DNA of 64,000 nucleotides. Origin: Chitinophagales bacterium (GTDB lineage Bacteria > Bacteroidota > Bacteroidia > Chitinophagales > JADIYW01). Made by a program: the position numbers and the translations under genes. The stretch covers positions 152,968 through 216,967 of the forward strand of contig JAXLTX010000004.1 in the NCBI GenBank assembly GCA_046329775.1, given 5' to 3'. Positions 1 through 7,795 of this stretch are shown here, in pieces. Every line of letters begins with the position of its first letter. Within the stretch, counting starts at the first letter, position 1. The notes below the pieces were generated by a model. That model was not told the origin of the DNA. It did not search any database and saw nothing but the letters and a program-made list of their open reading frames with translations.

Positions 1-271
1 CAGGGCGCTTTGCCTTGTTTTCAAAATGAAGCTTCAGCGTCATTGCTATATGGATCAGGATGCCGAGTAGCAATCCGATTTCCATCACACGGATAACCCA
101 ATTGTGCGACATGAAATGTGCACAGGTATTGAAGGTTTCACCATTATCGTTCAGCAGGATGGTGGCATTGATGCCGACATGCACTACCAGAAAAGAGATA
201 AGAAATAAACCTGTTAGACCGACAATTATCTTTCTGCCGATGGATGATGTGATAAAATTTTCTTTTGCCAT
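1..271 (-). CDS. sdhC: succinate dehydrogenase/fumarate reductase cytochrome b subunit (b558 family), N-terminal part; gene runs off the window start
   Basis: Not in ORF track (open at window edge). Reverse complement from ATG 271..269 reads MAKENFITSSIGRKIIVGLTGLFLISFLVVHVGINATILLNDNGETFNTCAHFMSHNWVIRVMEIGLLLGILIHI..., the typical N-terminus and His-containing TM helices of Bacteroidota-type SdhC. The listed + ORF 60..281 is its antisense shadow. Confidence 0.7.
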   Translation of the reverse strand, partial: MAKENFITSSIGRKIIVGLTGLFLISFLVVHVGINATILLNDNGETFNTCAHFMSHNWVIRVMEIGLLLGILIHIAMTLKLHFENKAKRP

Positions 272-297
272 GATATATTGATTTCAAAAAACCGTCG

Positions 298-305
298 CAA
301 AATTA
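298..305 (-). promoter_or_regulatory. -7 box TAATTTTG upstream of sdhC (26 nt before the ATG)
   Basis: Reverse complement of caaaatta matches the Bacteroidota TAnnTTTG consensus. Confidence 0.4.
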
Positions 306-378
306 ACAGTTTAGAAACGAAATATGTTTTGCAGAAGGTTAATTTTTTGCACATATTTTATTTAGAAGAAATCTAAAT

Positions 379-410
379 AAAAAACCTGACAAACCAGCTG
401 GCAAGTCAGG
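379..410 (-). terminator. intrinsic terminator downstream of the ACBP gene
   Basis: CCTGAC (385-390) pairs with GTCAGG (405-410), with an inner CCAG/CTGG pairing. A T6 run follows on the minus strand (A-run 379-384). Confidence 0.5.
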
Positions 411-431
411 CAAAATAATTTTATGCTGCTG

Positions 432-695
432 TTATTTATGCGTTTCTAGTAGTCCGTTCACCAGATCCACGTATTTCTGTTTGGCTTCGTCTTTACTCAT
501 GCCTGCCTTATCTTTCCAGGCATTCCACTTGAATTGTCCTTTAATATCAAACATACCTGGTTTTGACGTGGTATTGTCTCCATCCGTAGCCTGTTTGAAG
601 AATGCGTACAAATCCAGCAATTGTGTGTCACTTGGACGTTTGGTCAATGTTTTGGTGTCTGCCTGTGCCTGTTCAAATTGTTTATCTAAGCTCAT
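432..695 (-). CDS. acyl-CoA-binding protein (ACBP)
   Basis: 87 aa with ACBP signatures: LLDLYAFFKQATDGDN and KPGMFDIKGQFKWNAWKDKAGMSKDEAKQKYV. Confidence 0.9.
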   Translation of the reverse strand: MSLDKQFEQAQADTKTLTKRPSDTQLLDLYAFFKQATDGDNTTSKPGMFDIKGQFKWNAWKDKAGMSKDEAKQKYVDLVNGLLETHK

Positions 696-743
696 GTTTT
701 TTATTTTTGTTAAATTTAGAAAATATTTTGATTTAAAGAACTG

Positions 744-751
744 TAATTTTG
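744..751 (+). promoter_or_regulatory. -7 box TAATTTTG upstream of the 770 ATG
   Basis: Exact TAnnTTTG match. It implies that the TTG at 749 listed in the ORF track lies upstream of the transcript start. Confidence 0.4.
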
Positions 752-769
752 CTGTTTATTAAACATGCC

Positions 770-2326
770 ATGAAGAGACTCCAATTTGCCATACTGCTCA
801 GCATTCCTTTATGTTGGTTCTTTTTCAAGCTATTGCCTGTCTATACACATCCATCTGATTGTTCTGTGGCCAATTTCATCTATGCAGAGAATTTTGAACA
901 TCTGAAAATCTGGTGTTTCGATGATACCAGCACGGTGCGTTTCGACGACAGTTCAAATTTCCTTTATGTGCTATCATTATGGCTGCTGATTCATTTTTTC
1001 AAGCTCACGACCCTTAAGGCTGCCTTTACCGTGTCAGCCATCAGCATGATCACCTCGGTTTATCTGCTGCAACGGATTGTCGATTCCAGATTCTGGAGCA
1101 TCAACTTACTGCTGGTAGGGTTACTGTTCATGAGTACACAGATTTGGGCGGGCACCCTCGGAGATGAAATCCTCTTTCAGGGAATGCTCTGGCTGTTTGC
1201 CGTTCGGTCTTTCTGGAAGCACCGTTATTTCTGGCTGATGATCTGGAGCACGCTGAATATCATGGCCCGACCTGACAACATCTTTGTCATATTGCCGCTG
1301 ATCATGGCAAGCTATGGTGATTACACCTCACTCAAGGACAGAGATAAGAGAAAATTCATCTACCGAAGAATCCGCAGAACATTTGCCTTGTTCATCTTCC
1401 CTACCATCGGTTATTTCACCTATCGCTACTTGTATTTCGGCAAGGTACTTCCATATAACTGGCTGCATCATTCGCTGGACACGGACAAACGATTCGGCAT
1501 CTTTAATTTCGAGGCTTATAATTTCCTGAAACATTACCTGCGCTTCTACACGTTGCCGCTGTTGATGGGTGTAGCATTTTATTTCCTGAAAGAACGAAAG
1601 AAACTCAATATCAGATACTATGCGCTGGCACTCAGCCTGGTGGCAATTCCGATGTTGTATGCCTGCACCTTTTCACAGGATGAAAACCTGGCATATAAAA
1701 ACTACTACGCCATCTACCTAGGTCTTATCATCCTTTCTTTGTTGTTTATCCGTGATTTTCGCTCCATTACACAAGGAATTACCACAACCATCTTCGTGCT
1801 GTTTTTTGGGTTTAAAACGTCATTTTCCTATTTCGGAAAGACATTGCAAAGCTATAACAACAATGAATTCTATATCGCAAACGATCTTGCGGAAATACAT
1901 AATGGCAAGGCTATCGTTTATTACAATACGTTTATCAACTGGCTGACGGAATGGAAGACCACCTACGCCAGCGGCAAACACAGCACAGACGGGCACTCGC
2001 TGACACAAGAGGAGCTGGCTTCCTCGATGGCGGACATCATCGTGACCGACAACGCTCCGGATATACTTCTGCTAAAGGAAAAGTATGCACGTTTTCTGGT
2101 TCCCAGAAACACCCGCCAGTATGAAAAAGAGAGCAAACCCGAAAACTCGCTGGATCAGTTTTTCTACAAGTATTCCCGTAAAACACCGGTCAACATGAAT
2201 GACAATTTTACGATATTGGTCTGGCGCTTTGGAAACAATTTTGACGACATCAAGAAAACGCTTGAAAACCATGGTGCACGACAGCTTGCGGAAGATAAAA
2301 AGTCAAACAATTATTCCACTCAATAA
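770..2326 (+). CDS. polytopic membrane protein, GT-C-fold (ArnT/PMT-like) glycosyltransferase candidate with a C-terminal soluble domain
   Basis: Long ORF with about 10 hydrophobic helices. It has an ...NIMARPDNIFVILPL segment resembling the xRP loop seen in the two other GT-C-like proteins here. Start moved to ATG 770 (MKRLQF...) because of the promoter position. The functional call is tentative. Confidence 0.55.
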   Translation: MKRLQFAILLSIPLCWFFFKLLPVYTHPSDCSVANFIYAENFEHLKIWCFDDTSTVRFDDSSNFLYVLSLWLLIHFFKLTTLKAAFTVSAISMITSVYLLQRIVDSRFWSINLLLVGLLFMSTQIWAGTLGDEILFQGMLWLFAVRSFWKHRYFWLMIWSTLNIMARPDNIFVILPLIMASYGDYTSLKDRDKRKFIYRRIRRTFALFIFPTIGYFTYRYLYFGKVLPYNWLHHSLDTDKRFGIFNFEAYNFLKHYLRFYTLPLLMGVAFYFLKERKKLNIRYYALALSLVAIPMLYACTFSQDENLAYKNYYAIYLGLIILSLLFIRDFRSITQGITTTIFVLFFGFKTSFSYFGKTLQSYNNNEFYIANDLAEIHNGKAIVYYNTFINWLTEWKTTYASGKHSTDGHSLTQEELASSMADIIVTDNAPDILLLKEKYARFLVPRNTRQYEKESKPENSLDQFFYKYSRKTPVNMNDNFTILVWRFGNNFDDIKKTLENHGARQLAEDKKSNNYSTQ

Positions 2327-2332
2327 AGAAGC

Positions 2333-3076
2333 ATGTTATTACGATATTTTCTTCTGTCACTACTTTCTGTCGCGCGCATGGCGGTCTCAGGGCAGCACAT
2401 CGTCAACGACATAAGCCCTGAGATGGTTTTCATAAAGGCCGGGAGTTTTGAGATGGGCAATAAGCTCGGAAAGAAAGACGCAAAACCATTGCACACCGTT
2501 ATGCTCAATGATTTTTACATTGGAAGATATGAGGTGACTCAGGCATTATGGCTGCAGGTCATGGGCATCGAAAAAGGAAGAAAATCAGATTGTCTGCAAT
2601 GTCCCGTCTTTGATGTTTCGATGGAAAACATAACGGTGTTCCTTTCAACATTGAATCAGCTGAGCGGCAAGCATTACCGCTTACCTACAGAAGCAGAATG
2701 GGAATATGCTGCCAGTGGCGGAAAAGAAAGCAAAGATTTCATTTATTGTGGCAGCAACCATTTGGAAGAAGTCGCATGGTTTGCATCCAACTCAGATATG
2801 AAAACGCATCCCGTAGGCTTAAAGCTGCCAAACGAGCTGGGCTTGTATGACATGAGCGGCAATGTCTGGGAATTGTGCAGCGACTGGTACTCAAAATCAT
2901 TTTATGAGATAAGCCCTAAAGACAATCCGAAGAATACGGTTAAGAGCTCAAACCATGTGGTGCGAGGCGGCTCCTGGCGAAGCGGTGAAGAGCGTTGCCG
3001 CGTGCGTTCCCGGAACAAGGATATCCGGGACCATCACATCAGCAACTGCGGTTTCCGCTTGGTGATGGAGTTGTAA
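2333..3076 (+). CDS. formylglycine-generating enzyme family protein (SUMF1/FGE-sulfatase domain), secreted
   Basis: Signal peptide, then FIKAGSFEMGN, YRLPTEAEWEYAASGG, GLYDMSGNVWELCSDWY, VVRGGSWRS and GFRLV motifs. Confidence 0.85.
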   Translation: MLLRYFLLSLLSVARMAVSGQHIVNDISPEMVFIKAGSFEMGNKLGKKDAKPLHTVMLNDFYIGRYEVTQALWLQVMGIEKGRKSDCLQCPVFDVSMENITVFLSTLNQLSGKHYRLPTEAEWEYAASGGKESKDFIYCGSNHLEEVAWFASNSDMKTHPVGLKLPNELGLYDMSGNVWELCSDWYSKSFYEISPKDNPKNTVKSSNHVVRGGSWRSGEERCRVRSRNKDIRDHHISNCGFRLVMEL

Positions 3077-3085
3077 AGAATTTTG

Positions 3086-3157
3086 TAGTCCCTGCGAGAA
3101 TCGAACTTGCATTAACAGTTTAGGAAACTGCTGTTCTATCCATTGAACTAAGGGACC
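3086..3157 (-). tRNA. tRNA-Arg (anticodon CCT)
   Basis: Reverse complement is GGTCCCTTAGTTCAATGGATAGAACAGCAGTTTCCTAAACTGTTAATGCAAGTTCGATTCTCGCAGGGACTA. It has a 7-bp acceptor stem, GTTC/GAAC D stem, GCAGT/ACTGT anticodon stem with loop TTCCTAA, and T loop TTCGATT. There is one A-C mismatch in the T stem. Confidence 0.8.
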
Positions 3158-3180
3158 AAATTAATGTAACAATGAAGTAA

Positions 3181-3228
3181 TAAAATAATGAAATAATGCC
3201 TGCTTGAAGTATCATCCATCATTTCATT
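3181..3228 (-). terminator. possible terminator hairpin after metG
   Basis: AATGAAATAATG (3187-3198) pairs with CATCATTTCATT (3217-3228) at 11/12 positions. ATTTTATT follows on the minus strand. The loop is long (18 nt). Confidence 0.35.
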
Positions 3229-3234
3229 ACTACC

Positions 3235-5340
3235 TTATTTAATCATATTTCCAGCCGAAACTCCGGCTGCATTTACAAAATACAATTTCCCGGCTGCATC
3301 TTCTGCCATCAGAATCATACCATTGCTTTCAATACCACGCAATTTTCTCGGTGCCAGATTCACTAATACACTTACTTCTTTTCCAATGACTTCTTCCGGG
3401 GTGAAATGCTCCGCAATACCGGAAACGATGGTACGTTGTTCGATGCCGATATCCACCAGCAACTTCAGTAATTTATCCGCTTTCGGTACTTTCTCCGCTT
3501 CTACTATTTTCCCTGTTCTGATATCCAGTTTGGAGAAATCATCGTATTCGATTTGAGATTTGAGATTTGAGATTTGAGATTTTTCAGCGACGCCGTCATT
3601 CTGAACTTGTTTCAGAATCTCATTTTTATCTTGTTTACTTTTATTCAACTTCTCTATCTGAGCCTGCACCTGCTCATCTTCTATCTTTGGAAATAAAATT
3701 TCTGACGGATTGATTTTACCTTGAAAATTATTGAATTGTGTTTTAATTTTTATTGCTGTTTTGGGTAACAAAGATTCCATTGCTGTAGTAATAGCTAAGC
3801 AAAACTGTACACTGACAGACATAATCTCTTTTACCTTACCTTCATCTACTTTTATCATTTTCCAAGGCTCATTATCCTGCAAATACTTATTTCCTAATGA
3901 TGAAATTGTCATTAAGCTGGTCATTGCATTTTTAAACTGAAAATTACTTAAACAATAAGCCATTGACTCTCTGTACGTATTAATATCAACAAGGATTCCT
4001 TTATTTATATTATTGTATTCATTAACAATTGGAATTTCACCTTCATAAAACTTATGCAATAAATCCGATACGCGTTTTATAAAATTCCCTAAGTTATTTC
4101 CCAACTCGCTGTTCACCCGGTTCTGAAAATCCTGCCAGGTAAATTCCGAGTCTTTGTTTTCGGGCATATTCGCAATCAGCGCATAGCGCAACTCGTCTTC
4201 CCTGCCCGGAAAGTCCTGCAAATATTCGTGCAGCCACACCGCCCAGTTGCGCGAGGTAGAAATCTTATCGCCTTCCAGGTTCATGAACTCATTCGCCGGT
4301 ACATTATCCGGTAGAATATATTGTTCCGTCGCTTTCAGAATAGCCGGGAACGTGATGCAGTGGAATACGATATTATCCTTGCCGATAAAATGTATCAGTT
4401 CCGTCTTATCATCTTTGTCATCGTTTATTTTCCAGTATTTTTGCCAGTCTTCTTCTTTTACGTTGCCAAAATCTCTGTGATTGTAAGAAAATTCAGTTTT
4501 GTTATTTGCCTTTTCTTTAAACAATTGTTTGGTCGCGGAAATATAACCAATCGGCGCATCCAGCCACACATACAAGACCTTGCCTTCACTGCCTTCGATT
4601 TCCGGTGGCACGGGAATACCCCAATCCAGATCGCGGGTCATGGCACGCGGACGCAAGCCATCGTTTATCCAGCTTTTGCACTGCCCGTACACATGGTTCT
4701 TCCAAACATCTTTTTTGGTCTCCAGCCAGGCGGCAATCTCTTCCTGTTGTGCATCCAGTTTTAAAAACCAGTGTTTGGTTTTTCTCAGCACCGGCGCGCT
4801 GCCGCTGATGGTTGATTTCGGATTGATTAAATCTGTAGGATTCAGTGAACTTCCGCATTTCTCGCATTGGTCGCCGTAAGCATTTTCATTGCCGCATTTC
4901 GGACAGGTTCCCATGATATATCTATCCGCCAAAAACTGTTTCGCTTCTTCGTCAAAATATTGTTCGCTTTCGATAATATCAAAAGCACCCTTTTCATTCA
5001 GTATCCTGAAAAACTCCTGAGAGGTTTCATAATGTACCGGTTCTGATGTACGATGATAGATATCGAAGGAAATTCCGAAATCCTCAAAACTTTTACGGAT
5101 GATGGCATGGTATTTATCGACGATTTCTTTGGGTGTCGTGTTTTCTTTTTTTGCCTTGATGGTAATAGCCGCTCCGTGTTCATCGCTGCCGCAAACAAAA
5201 ATCACATCCTTTCCCTGCAAACGCAAATAACGTGCATAAATATCCGCAGCGATGTATGCTCCCGCCAGATGACCAATATGTAAAGGTCCGTTGGCGTATG
5301 GCAAGGCTGCGGTAATGGTATATCTTTTCGGTGCTGACAT
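3235..5340 (-). CDS. metG: methionine--tRNA ligase with C-terminal tRNA-binding (Trbp111/EMAP-like) domain
   Basis: 701 aa with the class I HIGH motif (LPYANGPLHIGHLAG), a zinc knuckle (CPKCGNENAYGDQCEKCG), and the C-terminal FSKLDIRTGKIVEAEKVPKADKLLKL domain. Confidence 0.97.
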   Translation of the reverse strand: MSAPKRYTITAALPYANGPLHIGHLAGAYIAADIYARYLRLQGKDVIFVCGSDEHGAAITIKAKKENTTPKEIVDKYHAIIRKSFEDFGISFDIYHRTSEPVHYETSQEFFRILNEKGAFDIIESEQYFDEEAKQFLADRYIMGTCPKCGNENAYGDQCEKCGSSLNPTDLINPKSTISGSAPVLRKTKHWFLKLDAQQEEIAAWLETKKDVWKNHVYGQCKSWINDGLRPRAMTRDLDWGIPVPPEIEGSEGKVLYVWLDAPIGYISATKQLFKEKANNKTEFSYNHRDFGNVKEEDWQKYWKINDDKDDKTELIHFIGKDNIVFHCITFPAILKATEQYILPDNVPANEFMNLEGDKISTSRNWAVWLHEYLQDFPGREDELRYALIANMPENKDSEFTWQDFQNRVNSELGNNLGNFIKRVSDLLHKFYEGEIPIVNEYNNINKGILVDINTYRESMAYCLSNFQFKNAMTSLMTISSLGNKYLQDNEPWKMIKVDEGKVKEIMSVSVQFCLAITTAMESLLPKTAIKIKTQFNNFQGKINPSEILFPKIEDEQVQAQIEKLNKSKQDKNEILKQVQNDGVAEKSQISNLKSQIEYDDFSKLDIRTGKIVEAEKVPKADKLLKLLVDIGIEQRTIVSGIAEHFTPEEVIGKEVSVLVNLAPRKLRGIESNGMILMAEDAAGKLYFVNAAGVSAGNMIK
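3550..3583. repeat. heptamer tandem array (GATTTGA)x4 plus a partial unit, inside the metG coding sequence
   Basis: Read directly: gatttga gatttga gatttga gatttga gatttt. On the coding strand it is (AAATCTC)n and encodes KSQISNLKSQI in the linker before the tRNA-binding domain. Confidence 0.9.
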
Positions 5341-5344
5341 TTTA

Positions 5345-5352
5345 CAAAGTTA
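5345..5352 (-). promoter_or_regulatory. -7 box TAACTTTG, 4 nt upstream of the metG ATG (leaderless-type)
   Basis: Minus strand reads TAACTTTG-taaa-ATG. Confidence 0.5.
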
Positions 5353-5376
5353 TAAGTTATAAGCCAAAAGCCAAAA
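5349..5376. repeat. heptamer array (GTTATAA)x2 (GCCAAAA)x2 in the metG/ldcA-like divergent intergenic region
   Basis: Read directly. The array is in phase with the metG -7 box. Confidence 0.8.
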
Positions 5377-5412
5377 AAATAAGGAAAAATGAACTTTTTA
5401 CTTTATCCTTTT

Positions 5413-5420
5413 TACATTTA
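5413..5420 (+). promoter_or_regulatory. -7-like box TACATTTA, 4 nt upstream of ATG 5425
   Basis: TACATTTA-cagc-ATG. Supports the internal ATG as the start. Confidence 0.45.
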
Positions 5421-5424
5421 CAGC

Positions 5425-6318
5425 ATGATACGTCCTCCATTCTTGAAATCAGGCGATACGGTAGGCATTACCTGCCCGGCCAGATTCATCACCGCAGAAG
5501 AGATTCAACTGGCCACAGACACCCTGAAAAGCTGGGGCTTGAATGTACGATTGGGCGACACACTCGGTAAAAAAGACCATCAATACGGCGGCACGGATGC
5601 TGAACGCAGGGCTGATTTTCAACGGATGCTGAACAATCCGGACGTGAAAGCAATTATTGCCGCTCGCGGCGGCTACGGCACCGTGCGCATCATGGACGAT
5701 CTGGATTTCCGCGCCTTTATGGACAGCCCAAAATGGATTGTTGGCTTTTCCGATATTACATACATACACACACAACTGGGCTGCAATATCGGTGTGGAAT
5801 CGCTGCATGCCATCATGCCTATTACATTTCCGGTGAATACACCCGAAGCGATCCAGTCGCTCAAAACTGCTTTACTTGGAGACACTTTAGAATATACCTT
5901 TGACGCGCATCCGCTGAACCGAAAAGGATTAATGCAGGGGGAAATAGTCGGCGGAAATTTATCTATTCTCTATTCGATTTTAGGTACTAAAACCATTCTG
6001 GATACTAATAAGAAAATCTTGTTTATAGAAGATCTGGATGAGTATCTATACCATATAGACCGAATGATGATGGCGATGAAACGTGCCGGGAAATTGAAAA
6101 ACCTGGCCGGTTTGGTTGTAGGCGGATTGAGTGATATGAAAGACAATACCATTCCATTTGGAAAAACAGCGGAGGAGATCATTGCAGAACATGTGGCGGA
6201 ATACGATTACCCGGTTTGCTTCAATTTCCCGAGCGGGCATATCGCCGACAACCGCTCCATCTTTATGGGCAAGCAAGCAAAGGTGGTGGTGAATGATCGT
6301 AGTATCTTTATGCAGTAA
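5425..6318 (+). CDS. LD-carboxypeptidase (peptidase S66, muramoyltetrapeptide carboxypeptidase-like)
   Basis: MIRPPFLKSGDTVGITCPA, AARGGYGTVRIMD, GFSDITYIH and a C-terminal GH motif. The ORF track starts at 5389; ATG 5425 is preferred. Confidence 0.85.
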   Translation: MIRPPFLKSGDTVGITCPARFITAEEIQLATDTLKSWGLNVRLGDTLGKKDHQYGGTDAERRADFQRMLNNPDVKAIIAARGGYGTVRIMDDLDFRAFMDSPKWIVGFSDITYIHTQLGCNIGVESLHAIMPITFPVNTPEAIQSLKTALLGDTLEYTFDAHPLNRKGLMQGEIVGGNLSILYSILGTKTILDTNKKILFIEDLDEYLYHIDRMMMAMKRAGKLKNLAGLVVGGLSDMKDNTIPFGKTAEEIIAEHVAEYDYPVCFNFPSGHIADNRSIFMGKQAKVVVNDRSIFMQ

Positions 6319-6348
6319 TTTTGGCGCAATAGTTGTAATACCTTATCT

Positions 6349-6780
6349 ATGAAAAAGATTTTATTTTTTAGTTTGATGGTCACTTGTTTGTTTTCATTCG
6401 GAAAATGCAACAAGAAAAAGAAATGCTGCAAGAAAAAACCTACAACAACTGCCGCAACTAAATTAAACGCAAACGAAGTATGGATGCGTTACGACGAAAC
6501 CAAATGTGAGAATCCATGGCATTTCAACTGGTTTGCAAAACCTACGGAAGCACAGGTTTTAGGTGCGGTGAAAGGTGACTTGCAGGGCAGAGAAATCATT
6601 ATCCTGGAGATAAAATCCGTAACGGAAAAAGACATTGTTTCCTGCGAGGCTTGTACCTGCCCGAATGGCACCCATTTTTACGTGCGGGTGAATAAATCGG
6701 AAGTGGAAAAACTAAAAGCTTTGAAATTCTATGAAGTGAAGGATGTTCCAAAGACGGCAAATCCTGATACGACTAAATAA
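6349..6780 (+). CDS. hypothetical secreted/lipoprotein-like Cys-rich small protein
   Basis: 143 aa with a signal peptide, a KC-NKKKKCCKKK stretch and later a SCEACTCPNG cluster. No family recognised. Confidence 0.5.
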   Translation: MKKILFFSLMVTCLFSFGKCNKKKKCCKKKPTTTAATKLNANEVWMRYDETKCENPWHFNWFAKPTEAQVLGAVKGDLQGREIIILEIKSVTEKDIVSCEACTCPNGTHFYVRVNKSEVEKLKALKFYEVKDVPKTANPDTTK

Positions 6781-6784
6781 TAAT

Positions 6785-7174
6785 TTAAAGATTCGCCTTT
6801 ATGCGTTCCGCAATCGCCTCCATCTCTTCTTTCTGCAATGATTTGGCATTCCTGAAATCCAAATCATGCGCAGAATTTATCGGAGATAAATGAATATGCG
6901 TATGCGGCACTTCAAGACCGATGACCGTCATACCGATGCGTTCGCAGGGAACGGCTTTTTCTATGGCCAATGCGATTTTCTTGGCAAACACCACAAGTGC
7001 CTGCAATTCGCCATCTTCCAGATCGAAAATATAATCGGTTTCTTTTTTGGGCACTACTAAAGTATGTCCGGCATGCAAAGGACGGATATCTAAGAATGCG
7101 AAATGATGTTCGTCTTCCGCAATCTTATAGCAGGGAATTTCGCCGTTGATGATTCTGGTGAAAATGGTTGCCAT
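6785..7174 (-). CDS. HIT (histidine triad) family protein
   Basis: 129 aa with FLDIRPLHAGHTLVVPK and the HTHIHLSP triad. Confidence 0.9.
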   Translation of the reverse strand: MATIFTRIINGEIPCYKIAEDEHHFAFLDIRPLHAGHTLVVPKKETDYIFDLEDGELQALVVFAKKIALAIEKAVPCERIGMTVIGLEVPHTHIHLSPINSAHDLDFRNAKSLQKEEMEAIAERIKANL

Positions 7175-7183
7175 GAATTTCGC

Positions 7184-7657
7184 TTATATAGAGATATCCA
7201 ACACTTCCAACTCCATATTACCTGCCGGAATCTGGATGCTTACCTTCTCGCCTTTTACTTTTCCCAATAAAGCGGCACCAATCGGTGATTTCACCGAAAT
7301 CTTCATTTGTTTCAAATCCGCTTCCTTTTCAGAAACCAGGTGATACGTGAATTCTTTTTTCATTTTCAGGTTCAACACCTTCACCTTGGACAATACGGAA
7401 ACTTTAGACGTATCTATTTTAGACGCATCCAGTACACGTGCATTGCCGATATCTCCCTGCAATTTGGTGATTCGCAACTCCAGCAACCCTTGTGCTTCTT
7501 TTGCAGCATCATATTCCGCATTTTCAGACAAATCTCCTTTTTCACGCGCTTCAGCTATTGCTTTGGAGGCATTCGGTCGCTCTACAGCAATCAAATGCGC
7601 TAATTCCTCTTTCATTTTTGTCAAACCTTCTTCGGTCACATACACTACTTCTGACAT
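7184..7657 (-). CDS. greA: transcription elongation factor GreA
   Basis: 157 aa with an N-terminal coiled coil containing GDLSENAEYDAAKEAQ and a C-terminal FKBP-like domain. Confidence 0.95.
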   Translation of the reverse strand: MSEVVYVTEEGLTKMKEELAHLIAVERPNASKAIAEAREKGDLSENAEYDAAKEAQGLLELRITKLQGDIGNARVLDASKIDTSKVSVLSKVKVLNLKMKKEFTYHLVSEKEADLKQMKISVKSPIGAALLGKVKGEKVSIQIPAGNMELEVLDISI

Positions 7658-7782
7658 AACTTATATTTTAAGTTGAAAAAAAGAGACACGCCTCAATTGA
7701 GACGTGCCTTGAAAGCAAATTTATACTTTTTTTCGACAAATCGCAATTTTTAAAGATTTTTTACCTTTTTGATTTAAAAGGC

Positions 7783-7790
7783 TATTTTTG
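7783..7790 (+). promoter_or_regulatory. -7 box TATTTTTG, 5 nt upstream of ATG 7796 (leaderless-type)
   Basis: gcTATTTTTGcaaatATG. The core is shared with the GT2 promoter at 18651-18658. Confidence 0.5.
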
Positions 7791-7795
7791 CAAAT

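Noticed and set aside
60-281. 73-aa + strand ORF at the window start
   Set aside because: It is antisense to a clear SdhC-type cytochrome b N-terminus on the minus strand and has no recognisable features of its own.
3086-3157. tRNA-Arg(CCT) as a possible pseudo-tRNA or an integration hotspot for a mobile element
   Set aside because: There is a single A-C mismatch in the T stem and the cloverleaf is otherwise canonical. No integrase, direct repeat of the tRNA 3' end or foreign-looking genes flank it.
3550-3583. Heptamer arrays (here and at 42623, 45914 and 53564) considered as CRISPR or minisatellite phase-variation switches
   Set aside because: The units are 7 nt with no spacers and there are no cas genes, so they are not CRISPR. 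The genes involved (metG, smpB, recN, rnpB) are core functions and unlikely to be phase-variable. The arrays are reported as a pattern, not as a switch.
3323-5283. Multiple 60-150-aa ORFs on the + strand and in alternative minus frames inside metG (e.g. 4321-4764, 4580-4879)
   Set aside because: All are nested within the well-supported metG reading frame, and their translations are low-complexity.
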